Below are positions 1 to 9,500 of a DNA stretch of 64,000 bases, in pieces. Below the pieces are notes generated by a model. That model had not been told where the DNA came from. It searched no databases and was given only the letters and a program-made list of their open reading frames with translations. The position numbers and the translations under genes were made by a program. The stretch is from NCBI GenBank assembly GCA_035602245.1, contig DATNMO010000059.1:91062-155061 (forward strand). The letters are read 5' to 3'. Position 1 is the stretch's first letter. The number at the start of each line of letters is the position of its first letter. This DNA comes from Gemmatimonadales bacterium (GTDB taxonomy: Bacteria; Gemmatimonadota; Gemmatimonadetes; Gemmatimonadales; GWC2-71-9).

Positions 1-270
1 GCCGCCGAGAAGACGGCCGCCGAGACGGAAGCCGCCCGCCTCGCCGATGTCCAGCTCACGTTCCCCGTGAAGGTGGGCGAGGAGGACAAGTTGTACGGCT
101 CGGTGACGGCGAGTGACATCCAGCGCAAGCTCGAGGAGCTGGGGCTCCACGTGGACAAGCGCAAGATCGATCTGCCCGAGCCGATCCGCGAGCTCGGCGA
201 ATTCCGCGTCGGCATCAAGATCCACCCCGCGGTCCGGCCCGAAGTGCTGATCACGGTCGTCAAGGAGTAA
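1..270 (+). CDS. rplI: 50S ribosomal protein L9, C-terminal part (5' end lies outside the window)
   Basis: Frame 1 is open from nt 1 to TAA 268-270. The tail KVGEEDKLYGSVTASDIQRKLEELGLHVDKRKIDLPEPIRELGEFRVGIKIHP looks like the L9 C-terminal domain. Confidence 0.85.
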   Translation, partial: AAEKTAAETEAARLADVQLTFPVKVGEEDKLYGSVTASDIQRKLEELGLHVDKRKIDLPEPIRELGEFRVGIKIHPAVRPEVLITVVKE

Positions 271-315
271 CGGCCGGCGTGGCGGCAGGCGGAACAAACG
301 CGGGACGCGCACGCT

Positions 316-711
316 ATGACTAGCCGGGCGACGGGAGGGCCGCCGAGCGCCACCGCTGCGCTCCAGCTCGTCATCGAGGCGTTGGCGGACCGCAAAGCAG
401 CGGATCTGGTGGTCCTCGATCTCCGCGGGTTGTGCGCGGCGACTGACTATTTCGTGATCGTGTCGGGGACCTCGGACGCGCACGTCCGGGGTATGGCGGA
501 CCATCTGGTGGCGGCGCTGGCGCCGGCCGGCGTTGAACCGCATCACGTCGAAGGGTTGGCGCAAGGACGCTGGGTGTTGCTCGACTACGTGGATTTCGTG
601 GTGCACGTGTTTCATCCGGAGCTGCGCGATTTCTACCAGCTCGAGCGGCTGTGGGGCGACGCCCCCGTGGTTGCGGCGGGCGATGCCGGCGGGACAGGCA
701 CGAAAGGATAG
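316..711 (+). CDS. rsfS: ribosome silencing factor RsfS (iojap family)
   Basis: 131-aa ORF starting at ATG 316. The motifs DLVVLDLRG...TDYFVIVSGTSDAHVRGMADHL...LLDYVDFVVHVFHPELRDFYQLERLW are typical of RsfS/iojap. Confidence 0.9.
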   Translation: MTSRATGGPPSATAALQLVIEALADRKAADLVVLDLRGLCAATDYFVIVSGTSDAHVRGMADHLVAALAPAGVEPHHVEGLAQGRWVLLDYVDFVVHVFHPELRDFYQLERLWGDAPVVAAGDAGGTGTKG

Positions 712-714
712 GCG

Positions 715-3700
715 ATGCGACGCACCACGAATCGGTTCGTGATGATTCTGGCGTTCATGACGATGGGCGCGGGCCCGCTCGCGGCGCAGTACTTCGGGCA
801 GAACAAGGTCCAGTACCGCAACTTCAACTTCAAAACCATCCAAACCGAGCACTTCGAGCTTTACTACTACCCGGAAGAACGCGCCGGCGCTCTCGATGCG
901 GCGCGCATGGCAGAGCGGGCCTATGCCCGGCTGTCGCGGATCCTCCACCATCAGTTCCAGAGCCGCAAGCCGATCATTCTCTACGCCTCCCAATCCGACT
1001 TCCAGCAGACGAACGTCGTCGACGCCTCGGGCGAGGGATTGGGCGGCGTCACCGAGTTTTTCAAGCACCGGATGGTCCTGCCGTTCACCGGCTCGTACGC
1101 CGAGCTTGAGCACGTGCTGCAGCACGAAATGGTGCACCAGTTCCAGTTCGACGTGTTCAGCCGCGGCCGCCCCGGCGCCGGCGTGCAAACGCTGGTCAGC
1201 GTCAATCCGCCGCTGTGGTTCATGGAGGGAATGGCGGAGTACCTGTCACGCGGCCCCATCGACCCCGAGACGGCCATGTGGCTGCGCGACGCGGCGCTCG
1301 AGGGTCATCTGCCCTCGATCGAGGAGATGACGTACAACCCGAACATCTTCCCGTACCGCTACGGCCATGCCCTGTGGGCCTACATCGGCGAGAAGTGGGG
1401 CGACGAAGTCATCGGCGAGATCCTCCAGGCGTCGGCGAGCTCGAGCATCGAGGCGGCCTTCAAGCGCGCCCTCGGACGCTCGCTGGACGACCTGTCCGAG
1501 GATTGGCGCGACGCGGTGCAGACGACGTTCCTGCCGCAGCTGGGTGACCATTACCGTGCCCGGCGCATCGCTCAACCGACCCTGACGCGGCGGCGCACGA
1601 AGGGGCGCATCTTCCTGGCCCCGGCGCTGACGCCGGACGGCCGCGAGATCGCGTTCTTCGGTGACCAGGGCGGCTTCTTCGTCGACCTCTGGCTCGCCGA
1701 CGCCGAGAGCGGCCGCGTCAAGCGGCGGCTCGTGAAATCGACGCTCAACAACAACTACGAGAGCCTGCGGTTCATCAACTCCGCGGGCTCGTTCTCGCCC
1801 GACGGACGCTTCTTTGCCATCGCGGCGAAACGCAAGGACCGCGACGATCTCGTGATCCTCGACGTCAAGCGCGGCCGCGAGGATCGCCGCATCAAGGTGT
1901 CGCTGAGCGGACTCCAGACCCCGCGCTGGTCGCCGGACGGGCGGCAGCTCGTCTTCACGGGCTTCGACGGCGGGCTCTCCGATCTCTTCATCGTGAACCG
2001 GGACGGCACCGGGCTGCGGCGGCTGACGTCGGACAAGTACGCCGATCTGCACCCGGCCTGGTCGCCCGACGGCAAGACGATCGCCTTCGTCACCGACCGC
2101 GGCGGCGAGACAGACTTCGACCTGCTGCGCTTCGGCAACCTGCGGATCGCGCTGTACCATCTCGATGCGGGCACCATCGAGATGCTCGGCAACATGGAAG
2201 CCGGCAAGAACATCGATCCGGCGTGGGCGCCTGACGGCCGCTCAATCGCGTTCGTCTCCGACCGGACGGGCATGAGCAACGTCTTCCTGTACGACCTTGC
2301 CGACGGCGCGATCTATCAGCTCACCAATCTGTACACGGGCGTCCAGGGGATCACGCCGCTCTCGCCCGTCCTGTCCTGGGCACCGCAGGCGGACCGGATG
2401 GCATTCGTCTATTACGAGGACGGCTGGTACAGCGTGTACTCGGTAGAGAATCCGCGGTCGCTGCGCCGGGGCCCCTACCGGGGCGCGCCGACGCCCCTGG
2501 TGACCCTCCTGCTCGGGGCCGGGCGCGACACCGTCCTCCGCACCACTGCTGCGGTCGCGCCGGCGATGGCCTCGGCACCGGCTCGGCCCGGCGAATCGTC
2601 CTCGATCTACCGCGCGGGAGGCAGTTTCCGTCCCTCGGCACAGCCCCAGCCCGCGGAATCGATCTCGGCGCCGGCTCCGGTGACCGTGCGCGCGCTGCTC
2701 GACTCGGCGACGCTCGCGCTTCCCGACACGACCGAGTTCACGTTCAAGCCGTACAAAGTGCGCTTCACCGCCGACTACGTAGCGCGTCCGACCATCGGGT
2801 ACCAGCGCGACAATTTTGGCCGGGGCTTCTTCGGCGGCACCGCGATCGCACTGTCGGACATCCTCGGCAACCACACGATCGTATTGTCGGGTTCGATAAA
2901 CGGCCGCATCAATGAGGCCCAGTTCCTGGGCGTATATGTCAATCAGTCGCGCCGCTTGAACTGGGCCGCCGGTTTGTCGCAGGAGCCCCTCTACTTCTAT
3001 GGCGGCTCCAGCTGGGAGCGTCAGGGCGACCCTGGCAACCCGGACAGCGTCGACGTGTTCACGTCGAGAATCCGCCGCTTCGTGATCCGGGACGTGTTCG
3101 CAGAGTCGTCCTATCCCTTGAGCCGCTTCAGCCGCTTCGAGTTGGGCGCGCACTTTGTCAACATCGATGACGCCACGCTCGAGCTGCAGACAGGGTTCGA
3201 TGCGCAAACCGGCATCTTCCTCGGCCAGCGCTACCAGACGGTGACCGGCCCGTCGGTGACCTTCCTGCAGCCGTCGCTTTCCCACGTGCACGACAACAGC
3301 CTGTTCGGGTATGTGGGTCCGTTCGCGGGGTCACGCTCCCGGTTCCAGGTCTCCCCCGCTTTCGGCACCTGGCAGTTCACGGCCGGCCTAGCGGATTACC
3401 GGCGCTACATCTTTTTCCGCCCGTTCACCCTGGCGTTCCGCGGCCTGATGTTCGGACGCTTTGGTCGCGACGCCGATCGCTTCCCGATCTTCGTCGGGAA
3501 TACCGAGCTGATTCGCGGTTACACAGCCGGTTCGTTCCGCACCAACGAGTGCATCGCGGACCCCGGGTTGGGCTCACGCACCGGCTGCGCCGAGCTCGAT
3601 CAGCTGATCGGCTCGAAGATCGCCGTAGGAAACGTGGAGCTACGCTTCCCGCTCGCCCGCAGCCTCGTGCTGGGCTTCCTTCCGGTCGGCTTCCCGCCGA

Positions 3701-3936
3701 TCGAGGGCGCGTTCTTCTTCGACGCCGGCCTGGCGTGGGATGATGCCAGCAAGGTCCAATGGCATCGAAACGCGGGTGACAACCCGTTGCTCGTACGCGT
3801 CCCGCTGCGCAGCTGGGGCGGCTCCATCCGGGCCAATGTGTTCGGCCTGTTGATCCTGCGGCTCGACTACACCAAGCCGCTCGACCGCGCCCACAAGAAG
3901 AGCTACTGGACCGTGAGTCTCGGCCCGACGTTCTAA
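715..3936 (+). CDS. outer-membrane multidomain protein: peptidase-MA-like (HExxH) domain, TolB-type PD40 beta-propeller repeats and an Omp85/surface-antigen-type C-terminal barrel
   Basis: 1073-aa ORF whose ATG lies 4 nt after the rsfS stop. It has a signal peptide (..MTMGAGPLAAQ). HEMVH sits at nt 1123-1137 and a downstream MEGMAEY begins at nt 1222 (its conserved Glu, E171, at nt 1225). Repeated xSPDGxxIAF PD40 motifs span about nt 1790-2260. The C-terminal ~370 aa carry VGNVELRFPL and FFDAGLAW motifs and a terminal F, as in Omp85-family barrels. Confidence 0.8.
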   Translation: MRRTTNRFVMILAFMTMGAGPLAAQYFGQNKVQYRNFNFKTIQTEHFELYYYPEERAGALDAARMAERAYARLSRILHHQFQSRKPIILYASQSDFQQTNVVDASGEGLGGVTEFFKHRMVLPFTGSYAELEHVLQHEMVHQFQFDVFSRGRPGAGVQTLVSVNPPLWFMEGMAEYLSRGPIDPETAMWLRDAALEGHLPSIEEMTYNPNIFPYRYGHALWAYIGEKWGDEVIGEILQASASSSIEAAFKRALGRSLDDLSEDWRDAVQTTFLPQLGDHYRARRIAQPTLTRRRTKGRIFLAPALTPDGREIAFFGDQGGFFVDLWLADAESGRVKRRLVKSTLNNNYESLRFINSAGSFSPDGRFFAIAAKRKDRDDLVILDVKRGREDRRIKVSLSGLQTPRWSPDGRQLVFTGFDGGLSDLFIVNRDGTGLRRLTSDKYADLHPAWSPDGKTIAFVTDRGGETDFDLLRFGNLRIALYHLDAGTIEMLGNMEAGKNIDPAWAPDGRSIAFVSDRTGMSNVFLYDLADGAIYQLTNLYTGVQGITPLSPVLSWAPQADRMAFVYYEDGWYSVYSVENPRSLRRGPYRGAPTPLVTLLLGAGRDTVLRTTAAVAPAMASAPARPGESSSIYRAGGSFRPSAQPQPAESISAPAPVTVRALLDSATLALPDTTEFTFKPYKVRFTADYVARPTIGYQRDNFGRGFFGGTAIALSDILGNHTIVLSGSINGRINEAQFLGVYVNQSRRLNWAAGLSQEPLYFYGGSSWERQGDPGNPDSVDVFTSRIRRFVIRDVFAESSYPLSRFSRFELGAHFVNIDDATLELQTGFDAQTGIFLGQRYQTVTGPSVTFLQPSLSHVHDNSLFGYVGPFAGSRSRFQVSPAFGTWQFTAGLADYRRYIFFRPFTLAFRGLMFGRFGRDADRFPIFVGNTELIRGYTAGSFRTNECIADPGLGSRTGCAELDQLIGSKIAVGNVELRFPLARSLVLGFLPVGFPPIEGAFFFDAGLAWDDASKVQWHRNAGDNPLLVRVPLRSWGGSIRANVFGLLILRLDYTKPLDRAHKKSYWTVSLGPTF

Positions 3937-3960
3937 CTCCGCTTCACTAAAACACTTGCA

Positions 3961-5385
3961 ATGGCCTCGCCGGTTGTCTATTTTGTCCGGCGAGGCCACT
4001 TGCCTATCTCCCGACTCCTTCTCTTCTGCGGCGTAACGCTTTGGGGCTGCGGATCCCAAGCGCCTGCCGCCGCATCGCCGCAATCTCAAGGTACACAACA
4101 GGTTAAGCTACAAACGCTCGCCCGGGCCCCGGGGGTCGCCATTCGCCTCCCGGCCAAGGGGGGCGTGCCCCAGCTCTACCGTCTGCCCCGGCTCACCGAG
4201 ATCACGGGGGTGCTCAGGGGGAAGCTACCGGCGGTCGAACGGGTGGTGGGGGTCGATCCGGAATCGGAATTCTTGTTCGTGGCCACAGCGAAGCATGAGC
4301 TCCTCGCGGTCGACCTCGGGAGCGGCCGCGTCGACACGGTAGCGACGGGCATCGTGCAAGCGGCGCTGGGACCGGACGGCACGCTGTACGCCGTGGACGG
4401 CCAGCGGCGCGTGATTTCTTTGTCGCGGCGCACGCGGTTCGCGTGGCCACAACCGCTGACGGGCGTGCCGCGCGATCTCTTCGGCTCGACCGATCAGCGT
4501 CTCGTCGGCGTGCTTCCCCAGGATCCGCCGCGGCTATTCACCGCTGCCGCCGATCAGCCCCCGGCCGTGCGTCCGATTGCCGCGGGCGGTGACGTCGCAG
4601 CGACGCGTTGGGGCGATCTTGTTGCCGTTGCCAGCGACTCCGGTGTCGCGCTATACGACCCGATCGGCCGCCGCGAGCCGGCGTTCGTCCGGCTCCCCGA
4701 CCAGCCGCGCGCGCTCGCCTTCTCGCCGTCGGGCCACCGCATTTACATCGCGCGCCGCAACGTCCCCGGGCTGGCGGTCATCGACCGCTATGAGCGCCGC
4801 GAGCTCGACGGCGTGGCGCTTCCCGGCCCGGCGGCGGCCCTGCGCCTCGATCCACTCGGCCGCTGGCTACTCGCGCGCCCGACCGTGGGTGACTCGGCGT
4901 GGATCGTGGATTTGCCGATCAAGCGCCACACGGGCGCGGTCCCAACGGCGTGGCACCCCGACCTCCCGGCGATTTCCCCAGACGGCATGCTGGTCTACCG
5001 CCGCGGCAACGACGTCGTCGCGGTGCGGCCCGACTCCCTCACGGAAATGGGCCGGGTCGAGCGCAGCGCCGGTGATCTGTGGGTGCTGTCGTCCTGGCTA
5101 CCCCGCGGCAGTCCCGCGAGCAGCGTGACCACCGCGGCGGCGGCTGACAGCGTCGGGGCGGAAGGCCCGCTGTACGTCCAGGTATCCACGTCGCAGAACC
5201 CGGACTGGTCCGGTCGTCTGGCCGAAGATCTCACGCGCGCGGGGCTCGCCGCGCGCGTGCTCCCGCCGCAGCAGCCCGACGACGGGTACCGCGTCGTGTT
5301 GGGCCCATACGCGACGCGCGCCCAGGCGGAGGCCATCGGCCGCCGGCTGGGCCGCCCCTTCTGGATCTACCAACCGGGTCAGTGA
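3961..5385 (+). CDS. SPOR domain-containing lipoprotein with beta-propeller-like repeats
   Basis: 474-aa ORF with a lipobox-like LWGC at the N-terminus. The central region resembles YVTN/propeller repeats (LYAVDGQRRVISL, IYIARRNVPGLAVID). The C-terminus YVQVSTSQNPDWSGRLAEDLTRAGLAARVL...YRVVLGPYATRAQAEAIGRRL is a SPOR fold signature. Confidence 0.75.
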   Translation: MASPVVYFVRRGHLPISRLLLFCGVTLWGCGSQAPAAASPQSQGTQQVKLQTLARAPGVAIRLPAKGGVPQLYRLPRLTEITGVLRGKLPAVERVVGVDPESEFLFVATAKHELLAVDLGSGRVDTVATGIVQAALGPDGTLYAVDGQRRVISLSRRTRFAWPQPLTGVPRDLFGSTDQRLVGVLPQDPPRLFTAAADQPPAVRPIAAGGDVAATRWGDLVAVASDSGVALYDPIGRREPAFVRLPDQPRALAFSPSGHRIYIARRNVPGLAVIDRYERRELDGVALPGPAAALRLDPLGRWLLARPTVGDSAWIVDLPIKRHTGAVPTAWHPDLPAISPDGMLVYRRGNDVVAVRPDSLTEMGRVERSAGDLWVLSSWLPRGSPASSVTTAAAADSVGAEGPLYVQVSTSQNPDWSGRLAEDLTRAGLAARVLPPQQPDDGYRVVLGPYATRAQAEAIGRRLGRPFWIYQPGQ

Positions 5386-6590
5386 CCACGTTCCGCCAGT
5401 TGCCGCTCTCGCGGCTCGGCCATCTGGTCCCTCCGCTCGTCGAGGGGCAGGCGCTGATTGCGCTGATGCCGGTCACCGCGGATCTCCCTTGGGCCGCTAA
5501 AGCGGCGTGGGACATCGCGCGGATTGCGGCGCGCGAAGGACGGCGGGTAGCGCTCGTGGACCTGCATCTCGAACAGCCCGGGCTGCACGAGATCGTGGGC
5601 CTGCCGACGATCGATGGCATCGTGGACGCCTTCGAGTACGGCGTGTCCCTGACGAAGGCCGCTCACGAAGTGAATGGCGTCTTCTTCATTCCGGCCGGCT
5701 CGGACACAGCGGGGGCCGCGGATCTGTACGCGCAGCCACGGTGGCGGAAGCTGCAGGCTGGGTTCAGGTCCGAGGGGGCATTGCTCCTCGTATTCGTATC
5801 GCCGGCGGGTCTCGCACAGCTGTCCGCGGTCGCGGACGGCGCGATCGTGCTCGCTCCCGAAGGGCTCGATCCCGCGTCGGCGGCCGGCGCCGATGTGGCG
5901 GCGGCGCTGGAGCGCGGCACGCCGTTGCTTGGCGTGGCGCGCGACCGCTGGATGCCGTCGAGCCACAGAGAATCGCCTCCCCTCCTGCCCCTTTCGGCCC
6001 CGATCGTCGCGCGTCCCCGGCGTGGGCTGCGCGCGGCGGCAGTTGTTCTCGTGCTGGCGGGGGGCACGGTGAGCGGCTGGGCATTGCGAGCTCCGCTGCT
6101 CCCTTCCGGGCGTGAGACTGCCGCTGCCCTCCCTGCCGCCCGTCTCGACACGCTCGGGTGGACCATCCAGCTCGCGGCGTATGCCTCGCTTGACAAAGCG
6201 CTCGCGCACGCCGATCGCCTCGCGGCCGAGACCGGTGTGCCCGGGCTCGTGACCCCGGTGCCGCAGAGTGACGGCGGGCCCGTCTGGTATCGCGTGCTGG
6301 CCGGGTCCTACGCGACGCGGGCGGACGCTGCTGAGGGCCGCGCGGAGCTGTGGCGGCGCGGCGCGGCGGCCGAGGGCATCGGTGACCTGCTGCGCGCTCC
6401 ATTTTCCTACCGCACACCGGCGGGTGCATCGCTCGACTCGCTGCGCGTCCACGGCCTCCCCGCCGTTCAGTGGAGCGGCCGCATCATCATTGGAGCCTTC
6501 GAGACGCCCGAGCAGGCCGCCTTTACGGAAGCCGCACTCGCGCGCGCCGGCGTGCGCGCCACCCTCCTCCCGCGCATGGGGAAACCATGA
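5382..6590 (+). CDS. bitopic membrane protein: degenerate ParA/MinD/BY-kinase-like P-loop domain, one TM helix and SPOR domain(s)
   Basis: 402-aa ORF overlapping the upstream stop by 4 nt. The N-terminal ~190 aa align by eye to the P-loop NTPase pattern (RRVALVDLHLEQPGLHEIVGL..GIVD..FIPAGS..ALLLVFVSPAG..ADGAIVLA..LLGV), but the Walker A is degenerate. A TM helix lies at aa 216-236 (nt 6027-6089). The SPOR signature WTIQLAAYASLDKALAHADRL...WYRVLAGSYATRADAAEGRAEL follows, with a second partial SPOR-like repeat after it. Confidence 0.75.
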   Translation: MTTFRQLPLSRLGHLVPPLVEGQALIALMPVTADLPWAAKAAWDIARIAAREGRRVALVDLHLEQPGLHEIVGLPTIDGIVDAFEYGVSLTKAAHEVNGVFFIPAGSDTAGAADLYAQPRWRKLQAGFRSEGALLLVFVSPAGLAQLSAVADGAIVLAPEGLDPASAAGADVAAALERGTPLLGVARDRWMPSSHRESPPLLPLSAPIVARPRRGLRAAAVVLVLAGGTVSGWALRAPLLPSGRETAAALPAARLDTLGWTIQLAAYASLDKALAHADRLAAETGVPGLVTPVPQSDGGPVWYRVLAGSYATRADAAEGRAELWRRGAAAEGIGDLLRAPFSYRTPAGASLDSLRVHGLPAVQWSGRIIIGAFETPEQAAFTEAALARAGVRATLLPRMGKP

Positions 6591-9500
6591 GATTGAGTCG
6601 GCTCGAGCTGTCGGGGTTCAAGTCGTTCGCGGGGACGGTGGAGCTGCCCTTTGATCAGGGCGTGACCGCCATCGTCGGTCCGAACGGCTGCGGCAAATCG
6701 AACATCTCCGACGCCGTCCGCTGGGTGCTGGGGGAGCAGTCGCCGCGGCTGCTGCGCGGCGGCAAAATGGAAGACGTGATCTTCCAGGGCTCGACAGGGC
6801 GCCGGCCGGTGAACGTCGCCGAAGTGTCGCTCGTGTTCGACAACGCCGACGGCAGCCTCCCGATCGCGTACCAGGAAGTCGTCGTGACCAGGCGCCTGTC
6901 GCGCTCGGGCCAGAGCGAGTACCTGCTCAACCGGTCGCCGGTGCGGTTGCGAGACATCCAGGACCTGCTGCGCGGGACCGGCCTGGGCGCCGACGCCGCC
7001 GTCGTCATGGAAGCGAGAATGATCGAAGCGCTGCTCTCCGAGAAGGCAGAAGAGCGGCGCGCGTTGTTCGAGGAAGCCGCGGGGATTGGGCTGTATCGCG
7101 ACCGCAAGAAGAGCACCGAGCGCCGGCTCGAGGAAACGGCGGCGGATCTCGCCCGCCTCGAGGACCTGATCAGCGAAGTGCAGACGCAGGTGCGCAGTCT
7201 CGCGCGCCAGCGCGGCCGCGCGGAGCGTTACGGCAAGATGGTCGAAGAGCGCTTCGGCGTCGCTTTGACGCTGGTGCGCCGAGAGATCGAGGACTTCGAT
7301 CTCGCGCTCGGATCCCTGGGCGTCCGCGCCCGCGAGCTCGCCGAGGCCCTTCCCGCCGCGCGGGCCCGCCTGGGCGATGCCGAACGCCAACGGGAAGCAC
7401 GCGTACAGGCGCGCCATACCGCGGAAGCGCGGCGGACGGAAGTGGAGCGGCGGCTCGGCGACGCGAAACTCGAGGTCGGCCGGCTGGAGAGTGATCTCGC
7501 GCTCGCGGCGGAGCGCTTGGGCAACGCGGGCCAACGGCGCCAAACGGCCGCCGAGGAGCGCGTGCAGGCGGAGCGGCGCGCGGCGCAAGCGGACCGGGAG
7601 CACGAGGCGGCCGAGGCGGAGCGCGCTGCGGCGGAGCGCGACCTGGCCGCCGTGCAGCAGGAGCTCGGCGCGCGCACGGGCGATGAAGACGATGTTCGGG
7701 GCCGGCTGACGGCGGAACGCGTGGCGGTCCGCGAGCTCGAGGAAGCGCTGCAGCGCCGGGCCGAAAGCGCGCGCGCCCTCGAGGGCGAGCGGGCCGCGCT
7801 CGAGCGCGAAGGCGGCGAGCTGCGGGACCAGCTAGCCCGCGCGGCCGGTGAGCGCCAATCTCGCGAAGCAGCGGCACAGGAAGCGGCGGGCGATGCTGGC
7901 GCCGCGGCGCAGCGGGTCGCGCGCGAAGCGCAGGCCGCGGTGCGCGCCGTGGAAGCGCTGCAGCACGCGCGGCGCCACGTCGCGGCGCTGCAGGAGCAGG
8001 AGATGAGCGCGCGCTCGGCCCGGCGGCAGACCGAGGCGGCGCTGGCGCAGCTCGAGGCGCGACGCGACGCGCTCACCGAGCTCGACCGTGAGCGCGTGGG
8101 CCTCGCGCCCGCCGCGCAAGCCTTGCTCAAGGCTCGGCGCGATGGCGTGCTCGGCCCGCTCGCTGACTTCGTCCGCACCAGCCGCCGCGACGCCGAGCTA
8201 GCCGAACGGCTGCTCGGAGAGTGGCTACACGCGGTGCTGGTGCGCGACGCCTCCGTCATCGACGCAATCCGCGCGTGGCACGAGGAAACCCAGCCCGGAC
8301 CCCTCGTCCTGCTGCCCTGCGTCCCCGGTCCCCGGCTCGCGGCCGACGGCCATCCCTTGAAGGACGAGCTGCGGGTGGACGGCCCCGCGGCGGCCTGGGT
8401 GCGCGCACTGCTCGCCGGCCACGAGGTTCTCGAGGGCGGCGCACTGCGCCGCGCCAACGGCGCCGTGTTCCTGGACAGCGGCACCACCGCGACCGCCGGC
8501 GGAGGACCATTGCAACGGCGCGCCGAGCTCGAGACGCTTGCGAAAGAAGTGCGCGAGGCCGAGGCCGCGCGCGACCGGGCACTTGCCACTGAGGACGCGA
8601 CGGTGAAGGAGCTGGCGACGGCGGAGGCGGCGCTCGCCGCGGCCGGCCAAGGCGCCGAGCGGGCACGGCACGTCGAGCTCGAGGCGGGCGCGGAGAAGGG
8701 CGAGGCCGACCGCGGCGTGATCCACGCGCGCCGCCAGGCCGAGGAAGCCGCCGGGCAAGTCGAGCGGCTCACCCGCCGGCTCGCCGAAGTCGAGACGCGC
8801 CTCGGCGCCCTGCATGCGGAGCTGCAGGAGCGGGAGATCGAGCGCGTGCGCGCGGCGGACCAGCTCGGCGCCGAGCGCGCCGGCCTCGCCGATCTCGAGA
8901 CACAGCAGGAGGCGGCGCGCGAGCAGCGGGTGCGCTGGCAAGTAGAGGCGGCCCAGGTCGAGGCGCGCCTCGCGGCGGCCGCGGAGCGCGCCACGCGCAC
9001 CAGTGGGGAGGCCGGCGCATCGCGCCAGCAGGCCGCGGCGCGCGCCGAGGAAATCGCCCGCATCGAGCGCGACAGCGCAGCGCTCACGACGCAGCGGGCC
9101 GGGTGGGAGGACGCGCTGCAGGACCGACGGTTCGCGCTGGTCGAGCTCGAGGCCGCCGCCAAGGACGCTGAAGCCAACGTGGGGATGACGGACGCCGACT
9201 TGGCGCAGGCAGAAGGCGCGCTCGATCAGGCGCGCAAGGCGTTGGCGGCCCTCGGCGAGGAAGAACACCGCCTCCAGCTCGAGCGCACGGAGATCGAAGG
9301 CCGCAAGCGCGGCCTCGTCGAGCGGGTGGAAACGGAGTGGCGCAAGCCTCTCGATCAGCTGCTCGCCGACGCGCCCGAGGTGGCGGGCGACCTGGAGTGG
9401 CTGCGACAGGAGAACGACCGCCTCCGCGGCGCGATCGACGCCGTGGGTCCCGTCAACGCCCTCGCGGTCGAGGAGCACGCCGAGGAAACGAAGCGCCTCG

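Noticed and set aside
6470-6586. N-terminal extensions offered by the ORF track. This smc example adds 39 codons. Similar cases are lolA-like from 13845, the DUF2520 gene to 16272, tmk to 18328, rpmE to 20777, spoIID to 35575, ALDH to 44019, EamA from 48066, kef from 51779, comM to 57827 and RND from 58716.
   Set aside because: In each case the conserved family N-terminus begins at an internal ATG or GTG that forms a 1-4-nt overlap with, or sits just after, the upstream stop. The extension is Arg/Pro-rich and overlaps a neighbouring, well-supported gene.
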